This document shows, piece after piece, positions 55,170 to 64,000 of a stretch of 64,000 nucleotides of DNA (the stretch's first letter is position 1; every line of letters starts with the position of its first letter). The notes beneath the pieces are model-generated. The model was not told the DNA's origin and searched no databases. It saw only the letters and a list, made by a program, of their open reading frames with translations. The DNA comes from Octopus sinensis (taxonomy: Eukaryota): assembly GCF_006345805.1 (NCBI RefSeq), contig NC_043021.1, positions 22,258,001 to 22,322,000 on the forward strand. The letters are read 5' to 3'. Position numbers and translations under genes: made by a program.

Positions 55170-55455
55170 ATTTTTTTGTTTTTTTTCAAAATTCCTCTCT
55201 TTTCTTCTCGTTTTTGTTCTCCTTCTTCTACTTTTCCTCTTCCTGCCCCTCCTCCTACTCCTTCTTCCCTCTGCTTCTTCTTCTTCTTCTCTTTTCTTCT
55301 TTCTCTTTCTTCTCTTCTTCTTCTTCTTCTTCTTCTTCTTCTTCTTTCTCTCTTCTTCTTCTTCTTCTTCTCATTATTATTATTATTATTATTATTTTAT
55401 TGTTATTATTAGTATTATTATTATTATTATTATTATTATATTATTATTGATTATT

Positions 55456-55488
<33 letters not shown>

Positions 55489-55518
55489 ATTATTATTATA
55501 TTATTATTTAGTATTATT

Positions 55519-55549
<31 letters not shown>

Positions 55550-55586
55550 TTATTATTATTTTTATTATTATGATTATCATTATCAA
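55170..55586. repeat. (CTT)n then (ATT)n tracts
   Basis: Direct inspection. Confidence 0.95.
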
Positions 55587-56155
55587 AGCAACGAACCGGC
55601 AGAAACGTTAGCACGCCAGGCGATGTGCTTAGCGGTATTTCGTCTGCCGTTACGTTCTGAGTTCAAATTCCGCCGAGGTCGACTTTGCCTTTCATCCTTT
55701 CGGGGTCGATTAAATAAGTACCAGTTTCGCACTGGAGTCGATATAATAGACTTAATCCATTTGTCTGTCCTTGTCCGTCCCCTATGTGTTTAGCCCCTTG
55801 TGGGTAGTAAAGAAATAGGTATTTCGTCTCTCATTACGTTCTGAGTTCAAATTCCGCCGAGCTCGACGTTGCCTTTCCTCCTTTCGGGGTCGATTAAATA
55901 AGTACCAGTTACGCACTGGGGTCGATATAATCGACTTGTCCTTGTTTGTCGCCTCTATGTTTAGCCCCTTGTGGGTAGTAAAGAAATAGATATTTCGTCT
56001 GCCGCTACGTTCTGAGTTCAAATTCCGACGAGGTCGATTGTGCCTTTTATAATTTCGGTGTCGATAAATTAAGTACCAGTTGCATTCTGTGGTTGATCTA
56101 ATCGACTGGCCCCCTCCTCATGCATTTCAGGCCTTGTGCCTAGACTAGAAACGAT
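55587..56155 (+). mobile_element. SINE-A trimer (one head, three about 170-bp internal units)
   Basis: Junctions AAAGAAATA|G(G/A)TATTTCGTC at 55817/8 and 55988/9; the last unit has the old tail and runs into (ATT)n. Confidence 0.85.
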
Positions 56156-56680
<525 letters not shown>

Positions 56681-57155
56681 TATGCGTGCTTGTATTCGGT
56701 ACCTGAAGAGTTCCAATATTTAGACTTGTTTAAACAAAATGCATTAGATATATTTTGATAAGCATTTAGAACAACCATCTGTAGATACCACGTGTTAGAT
56801 TTGCTTACCATTATTTACAGTTCCCAGTATAGATAATGTTACGAAACCTGTCTCAGTCTATCGATAATCTCTCACTTTCTTTCGGAAATTGACCGTATAT
56901 CATTTCAGGTGTAGCAATTACGACGCAGTGCCTGCCACAAAACATGGCTCTAAAGCATTAATGGTAAACCAAAAGGTGCCTTGATTCCAAAGAATGTAAT
57001 ATAGTAAATCTGCTAACAGAATAAAAAAAAATACGTACACTTCATACAGCAGGAGCATGAAAGCAAGCAATGTCCTCGGATTTAGAATAAAAGATGTCTA
57101 GGAGACCATTACCTGACAGAGTGCAGTTTAGGAAGGATGATATTGTTTTCTATAT

Positions 57156-57264
57156 AGGTGGTGTAATGGTTATGTTAATCAGCTGACGATCGTAAGGTCG
57201 TGGGTTCAATTCCCGGTGATGCGTTGTGTCCTTGTGCAAGATACTTTATTTAACGTTGCTCCAG
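57156..57264 (+). mobile_element. SINE-C head and central domain fragment
   Basis: GGGTTCAATTCCCGGTGATGCGTTGTGTCCTTGTGCAAGATACTTTATTT matches 4225-4290. Confidence 0.8.
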
Positions 57265-57903
57265 AGGAGTATGTCTATAGTTCTTACCAATTTACATGCA
57301 GTTATAGAATTTATACCACATGGATTACTCTGCTAAGAACATAGATACGCCACGGAATAAACTATACCCCGGAAAATTTGGAAGAAAGTGTGAAATGAAT
57401 GGAAGATCTTATTTTTTGACACTATGCTATCTCCCACTTCTTTTGAACGTTATGATTAAAAGACTGGGTCGATTTTGAGATATTCCTCCTTGGTTTAGTT
57501 ACCAACAAAAAGATGCTGTACCTACCATAACTCCTTTCAATCCAAACTAAAATGAGATGCTACAAATTTCAGAAGCTCTAGCGACAGTTTGTATTTTCTG
57601 AATTGACCAACAAACTGTAAGAAATCACTAATGATCCATCTGATACGCTGTTGAATGACACTATTTCCACAGGATATAAGAAAGCTAACATATACAGATA
57701 GAACGTAAAGATACACCTTGGCTATTTTCTCTCTAAACGCAGTATGGCTTAGCAAAACCAGAAGGTTTTAGCACTCTAAAATATCTCAAACATAGTTTCG
57801 GTAATTATACTGAATACGCAATATCACACAGTTGTTTCTGAAATAGGTAAGTATGGAGATCCTGTATTTGAGTAAAAATTCGACTTAAGCCAAGTATGCC
57901 GCC

Positions 57904-57952
<49 letters not shown>

Positions 57953-58718
57953 ATAGATAGAGAGAGAGACATAGAGACAGACAGAAAAATACGAGAATAT
58001 GCAAAATACAGAATGGCTTTTATCGAGGGTAATCGGAATAGTTTAAACTGTCATCGATATTCTAGTTATTCAATCCATAATACATATAGCAGACAGACTC
58101 TTAAACCAAATATTTTCAATTATAACTTCAAAATACGGGATAAATGCCAGTTGCAAACTCATTGCTACTGTTTATTTTGGTATATATGTTCTTTGTGCTC
58201 AGAGATTACAGAACTCCAGTGAGATTTATGCTGGAGCCACATCTATTTAAGATACTCTGCGCATTTATAGTAATTTTAATCTATTTCGTTGGCAGGACAT
58301 TTACACTACTTTAAGGAAACGAACAAACCACATCATAGAGATTGGTTGATCTTTGATCCAGATCCTCCATACCAAGGCCGAAACCACACGTGTTGATTAT
58401 GCCTGAATGATTCTATGCAAATCTTCTCACATAACCGTGCACAATGATTAAATAAGCAGCACGAGGCCTTCTCTTCTTGTCTTTATAAATTCCTCAGAAC
58501 CTTTACATTTTGCCATAAATCAAAAAACAGTAAGATTATTACTTCTGTGTCTCAATACGTAGTTTAGACATCACATAAGCTCTCTTAATTAAATTAGTAT
58601 ACTTAACTGATCATCATAGCATCTTTTCCCTTTTCATTTTGTAGGTTTCTTATTCATTCCTTAATATATATTTCAGCACCCCACCTGTCTTACAATTAAT
58701 CTGATATCTAATTTGTTG

Positions 58719-58789
<71 letters not shown>

Positions 58790-59129
58790 AAATACCATTA
58801 GGCTTTCTGTCGTCGTGGCCGTATATTCTTTGAGACCTTTAGATATTTCCATTAATATCTGCACCTTGTGTAGCATTCACAAACTTTATTTTCATTGCTT
58901 TATAGTTCAGAGGAAATGATAAGCTCACTTAATTAAATTACTGTATTTACCTTATCATCATATTATTTTATATCATTTCATCATATTTTGTTTTAAAGAC
59001 CAATACTTTATCCCCACTTAAACCTTTTGCACACATCACCTGGCTCACATCTTACTTGACACATAGTATAATCAAACATTGGTTAAATATATACATACAC
59101 ATACATACATATACAATCTGCCCTATTTG

Positions 59130-59171
<42 letters not shown>

Positions 59172-59300
59172 TAATATATATATATATATATATTATATAG
59201 TATATATATATGTATATATATATTCAATTAATCAATTCATTAACAATTTTACCAAGTAGATCGGTGCGTTAAAATAATCTTTTATAGGTTAAATTATCCA

Positions 59301-59479
59301 CATAATTGTAAGTAGGGTTCAGCTAACTGCTTCACCACACACCGAAGTTAGAAACAGGAGTTAAAAATTCCTTTTCTTCTACTGGAAGAATCTTACAGTA
59401 CTAGAAAAGGAATTTTTAACTCCTGTTTCTAATTTCGGTATGTGGTGAAGCAGTTAGCTGAACCCTAATTATAATTATG
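59301..59479. repeat. 179-bp near-perfect palindrome (foldback/MITE-like)
   Basis: Arms TAGGGTTCAGCTAACTGCTTCACCAC...TTCCTTTTCT and their reverse complement, with only a few mismatches; centre near 59390. Confidence 0.9.
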
Positions 59480-59503
59480 TATATATATATATATATATAT
59501 ATA

Positions 59504-59892
59504 TCTTTATATATAAAAGTAAGGTTGTGTGTCTGTCTACTCCGATTTAGATTCCTAACTACTCCCACATTTTGCGGTGCAGTTTAACCAAAACCGGGTA
59601 TCTTATAGTCGTGATTCATATCGAGCCCTTCTGGGTACTAGCGCGCGTCTACGATGAGTCTACGATTTTAAAAATAATTTACCATCATTTTTTTCCATTT
59701 TAAAGCATAATTTTTTAAAGGGAAGTAACTCTCTAAAAATGTCTACGATGAGTCAACGATTTTAAAAAAAATTTGCCATCATATTTTTTCCATTTTTAAT
59801 GCATTTTTTGCTATGTTTTGGCTATAACTCTCTAAAAATGCTTTATAGTTGTTTCCCTTACAAACCCGAGCAACGCCGGGCGATACTGCTAG
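59504..59892 (+). mobile_element. Non-autonomous Helitron
   Basis: 5' A|TC start (TCTTTATATATAAAAG), 3' hairpin CCCGAGCAACGCCGGG 8 nt before CTAG|T, no TSD, internal about 95-bp tandem duplication. Confidence 0.8.
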
Positions 59893-60159
59893 TATATATA
59901 TATATATACTTACATACATATGTGTGTGTTCATATGTCTACAGCACGGTTTTCAAATACCTGGAAGATGTTAGGAGTCCAATCCCCTGCTTACAATACAT
60001 TTTGAGTGCAGATTGCATCAATAACCAGCTAGAAGCTTCCTCTTCGGGTTGAATATGGTGGTAACGTATATTCGTGCGGAACAGCCATGTTGAAGTGGGG
60101 ACAAACATTACTTCTCCGTATAATTACTACTTACATCTGCAATCTGAGGACCTGTGCCG

Positions 60160-61199
60160 AGAGTGATATAAATCAACATCCAGTCAACATCATATTAGGT
60201 GGAGTGATTTCTAGTGTTGTTAACGTTATGCTCCGCTTCATTCTCCCATACGGCTTCCGACTCAACACGGAGGCCTACATCATACTCCTGGAAGAGGTAG
60301 TAATGCAGGGCTCAAGAGGGCGGCTGCTGGAAGACCCTATGCCTGGCAACATGACGCTGCGCAATGCTAGACAAGCTGGAGGACACAGTCATGGCTGTCA
60401 GGTAACTTCTGCGACCACATCACCCCTAACATCTAGCCACCTAAATCCCTACACTCCAACCCGGTTGAGTATTATACATGGGGCACAGTTGAGCGAGGGA
60501 CCATCAAAATTTACTGTAACGCCAAAGATGAACTGATGGCAAGGATTATGGCAACATTCACCATCTTAAACAAGGAGACCGTCTAGAAGTCTTGCTGGAG
60601 ATTACGAAGTCGTATGGAGGATGTGGTTGAAGCTGATAGCGTTTTTTAAAAGTAAATTCACTCTTTAGTACTTCAAGACATTTTTATGTAATTTTGGTAA
60701 ATATATCTGTTAAAATGAGATACTCTCTCTTTACTCTTTTACTTGTTTCAGTCATTTGACTGCGGCCATACCGGAACACCGCCTTTAGTCGAGCAACTTG
60801 ACTCCGGGACTTATTCTTTGTAAGCCCAGTACTTATTCTATCGGTCTCTTTTGTGCCGACCGCTAAGTACGGGGACGTAAACACACCAGCATCGGTTGTC
60901 AAGCAATGCTAGGGGGACAACACAGACACACACAAACACACACACACACACATACATATTATATATATCATATATACGACGGGCTTCTTTCAGTTTCCTT
61001 CTACCAAATCCACTCACAAGGCATTGGTCGGCCCGAGGCTATAGAAGAAGACACTTGCCCAAGATGCCACGCTGTGGGACTGAACCCGGAACCATGTGGT
61101 TGGTTAGCAAGCCACTTACCACACAGCCACTCCTGCGCCTGTTAGTGTTATTTTCATTTTTGCGTAACTTAACCGTCAGTTTATTCATCGAACCCTGTA
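60160..61199 (+). pseudogene. maT/DD37D transposase remnant interrupted by SINE-B
   Basis: HPVNII..GVISS...FRLNTEAYI.LLEEVV; D at about 60346 followed by 37 codons to the position of the third catalytic residue (now E); right end GAACCCTG-TA. Confidence 0.85.
60721..61140 (-). mobile_element. SINE-B, full length, nested in maT subterminal DNA
   Basis: Flanks AAAATGAGAT | GTTAGTGTTATTTTCATTTTTGCG rejoin as in the uninterrupted copy at 50422-50460. Confidence 0.9.
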
Positions 61200-61954
61200 T
61201 GTAACTACTTCACCTGATTTCTTTCCTCAAAATGTCTCACAACTTTATAGTATTATTGATAATGACTTCTATTATACTTTATTATTCATTTCATTATTCC
61301 AAGACTCTAGTAGAACCAAGTGATAATTCATTTTATTAATTCCCAATAAACACATATTTTCACTAATATTTCAATATTTAATATTTTAATATTATTTGCT
61401 TCAATAGCCTAACACCATTAAAATCATTAAATCCTTAAATGTTTTCCCCCACCTCTGGCTTTATCACCTTCTATATTGTAACGTCTATCATTTCAGAACT
61501 TTATTTTCTTTCAAAACCATTTTTGCAAACCTCAAACACCCCATTATCTCATATAACCCAATTCAACATCGGTGCATTGGTGGTCAAAAATAAAATGAGT
61601 CTAACATTTATTTGTACATCTCGCATTATTCATTTATTATCAGTTCCCTCCTACCCTACCCCCTTAATTTCCTCTGTCCCTCTATACGTACAGATGATGA
61701 CTATGTGACAGGGGGTGCCCCTGTGTGCGTGTGTATGTATACTCATAGACATATTTGTATTAATGCATGTGCATCCGTCCATCTCTATACACATTTATAA
61801 GTATATTTGAATGGCCACGTACATGTGTATATTTATGTTTGTCTGTATGTGTATATGTATTAGCATATACTTCTGCGTATATGTGTGTATATGTATTCAC
61901 ACGTACACAAGTACATGTATATATAGATCGCTAGTCACTACACATTCTTTATTT

Positions 61955-62100
61955 TCTCTCCTCGTTTCTTTCTGTGATCCTTTCTGTGGAAGAGCGTAGG
62001 CTCGAAACGTTAAATACTTTTTCACTTCCCGAGTGTTATACTTATATATCTGTTTGTTGTCTACCCACCAGTCTTCTTTTGTTTTTTTGTGAATTCTATA
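61955..62100 (+). mobile_element. Family E copy, diverged
   Basis: TTTCTGTGGAAGAGCGTAGGCTCGAAACGTTAAATAC; ends in (TA)n. Confidence 0.7.
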
Positions 62101-62509
62101 TATATATATATGTGTGTGTGTGTATGTGTAGGTGTGTGTGTGTTAGGTGTGCGTCACTATGCCTCACTATACACACTAACTTCTGTCTACTCCCCAGTCA
62201 TGCCACATTCTAACTTTCGTTATAATATATAATATATAATATATACTTCCAATGCATTCTAACTCAGAGCTTATTCACTTCCTATATGAAGCTGGATCTA
62301 CCACCTTCCGTTATACTTTGGTGTGGAATCTCCTCGAAACTTCATCAATGTGAATAACAGTATCATTTACGTAGGATTGTCTTAACTCTTCGATCATGCT
62401 AATACCAAACACATCTGCTTTTCACCCTGGGCATTCCATGCGTTCTATAAGAAATGGTCCCTAATGAAATACTCGATTAAAGGTTTGGGTTACTGTTAGG
62501 TTTAGGGAA

Positions 62510-62612
62510 TATACTGTATCGGAGGAAGAAATCGTTCCTTGTTTAGACCTAAACAAATTTCATGATTCAGAAAAATCAAACGTTTCATGCACACAAACTG
62601 CTTACTTTCTAC
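62510..62612 (+). pseudogene. Paralogous copy of part of the 63579 ORF (duplicated exon or pseudo-exon)
   Basis: TVSEEEIVPCLDLNKFHDSEKSNVSCTQTAYF aligns to AVSEEEIIPCLDLNKYHETVKPCISESCTQTASF; frame bounded by TGA 62465 and TGA 62645. Confidence 0.6.
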
Positions 62613-62921
62613 GTTTCTATATTTTCCTATTTCTCTCCCTCCGATGACTGGAATTATTTACGGAATAACATGTGATACATATTCCTTGTTACTCTAGAAA
62701 CAGCTGTAGGAGGCTTTACATATTTATTATAACTACTCAGGACTATGCTTATATTATAATTTAAATGTTATAGAATGATACCAAAACAATTGCTCGTTCT
62801 TTATCAGTTTTAATGTCTGTATATATGTGTATGTGTGTGCGTTTGTATATATGTAGCATATATACACATCTAAAAATGTTTTAAATATATTAATGAATGT
62901 GTATTGTGTGTACAGAATGAA

Positions 62922-62976
<55 letters not shown>

Positions 62977-63139
62977 GAGTGAGTGGTAACTATGTGTATG
63001 TTCATTTACACGCGTATTCGTATACACTACATGTATCTATATATGTTAGTGTGTGCATATAATTTCTGTCATCAATGAACGCATCAACGTGCATGCATTT
63101 GTGTATGTGTGTATGTATACATGTATACATGTATATGTA

Positions 63140-63261
<122 letters not shown>

Positions 63262-63578
63262 CTATGCGTGTGTGTATAACGTTCATATATCTATGTTACC
63301 GTGTTAGAATCACATAAAATACGTCACAATATACACGAGGATAAAAAAAATTATTAAGTGTTGAATATTACCGCGGATTTTAACTTATTCAACTTTCGAA
63401 TTGACGCTTTAAAGCGAATTCTTTTTGACATTCTATAACTCATTGATTTCGTATTTCGAAATATTCATTTATTGTTTTATTATGAATTAGTTACTTTATC
63501 TTAATTTCGAATTTTTCAATTTACACTTAGAATTAGTGTGTGTATGGGAATCTGTATTTTTTGGCTGTTTCGTATAAA

Positions 63579-64000
63579 ATGCCCTCAGGTCGTACATCGA
63601 AGAGTTTCAAGAAACAACTGTTCAACTTTTCCTCTAAGTTTAAGTTGTGTTTCCTTGATTATTTCTTATGTTGCTGTATTTCGAAAAATGCTGTCTCGGA
63701 GGAAGAAATCATTCCTTGTTTAGACCTAAACAAATATCACGAGACAGTAAAACCATGCATTTCAGAATCTTGCACACAAACTGCTTCCTTCCAACCGATG
63801 ATCCCAGTTAGTGAACCAATTTTTGCTGGTGAACAAGACAATGAAATGGCCTCTGATGTAAGTACAGAAATAGTTTCCTTCCAACAAACATCGTGTATCT
63901 CTCAACCAAATATTCCCCAAGAGTCCAATATAAAAGTCATTTCTGATGGCGATTCGTATCATACAGCACGTGAGTATTGTGTTTCAAAGCCTGATCACGA
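63579..64000 (+). CDS. Putative protein-coding exon of an unknown gene, open to the window end
   Basis: ATG 63579 (A at -3), 140 sense codons with no stop in AT-rich non-microsatellite DNA: MPSGRTSKSFKKQLFNFSSKFKLCFLDYFLCCCISKNAVSEEEIIPCLDLNKYHETVKPCISESCTQTASFQPMIPVSEPIFAGEQDNEMASDVSTEIVSFQQTSCISQPNIPQESNIKVISDGDSYHTAREYCVSKPDH; upstream in-frame TAG at 63534. Confidence 0.6.
   Translation, partial: MPSGRTSKSFKKQLFNFSSKFKLCFLDYFLCCCISKNAVSEEEIIPCLDLNKYHETVKPCISESCTQTASFQPMIPVSEPIFAGEQDNEMASDVSTEIVSFQQTSCISQPNIPQESNIKVISDGDSYHTAREYCVSKPDH

Noticed and set aside
57320-57478. Short frame containing PGKFGRKCE (EGF-like fragment)
   Set aside because: Lacks the other EGF cysteines and convincing splice sites; likely chance.

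Overview
AT-rich eukaryotic non-coding DNA with no prokaryotic gene organisation, rRNA or CRISPR. The repeat landscape resembles an octopus-type cephalopod genome; this is inferred from recalled repeat families and was not checked. The window is dominated by microsatellites ((TA)n, (TAGA)n, (ATT)n, (CAT)n, (GA)n, (TAGG)n) and by more than 35 copies of tRNA-derived SINEs, given working labels A, B, C, D and F. It also holds a 5'-truncated CR1-clade LINE (41927-43254), one Tc1 and three maT/DD37D transposase remnants, a non-autonomous Helitron (59504-59892), a Penelope-like repeat family E carrying a variant minimal-hammerhead fold, and two long palindromes. Nearly all ORFs in the supplied track are microsatellite or SINE artefacts. 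The best host-gene candidate is missing from the track: an ORF from ATG 63579 that stays open to the window end (140 codons). Part of it is duplicated about 1.18 kb upstream with synonymous or conservative changes and an in-frame indel. Other highlights are SINE head/tail module swapping, a SINE-B/CR1 shared 3' stem-loop with compensatory changes, fixed-junction SINE-A multimers, and a locally templated inverted insertion.
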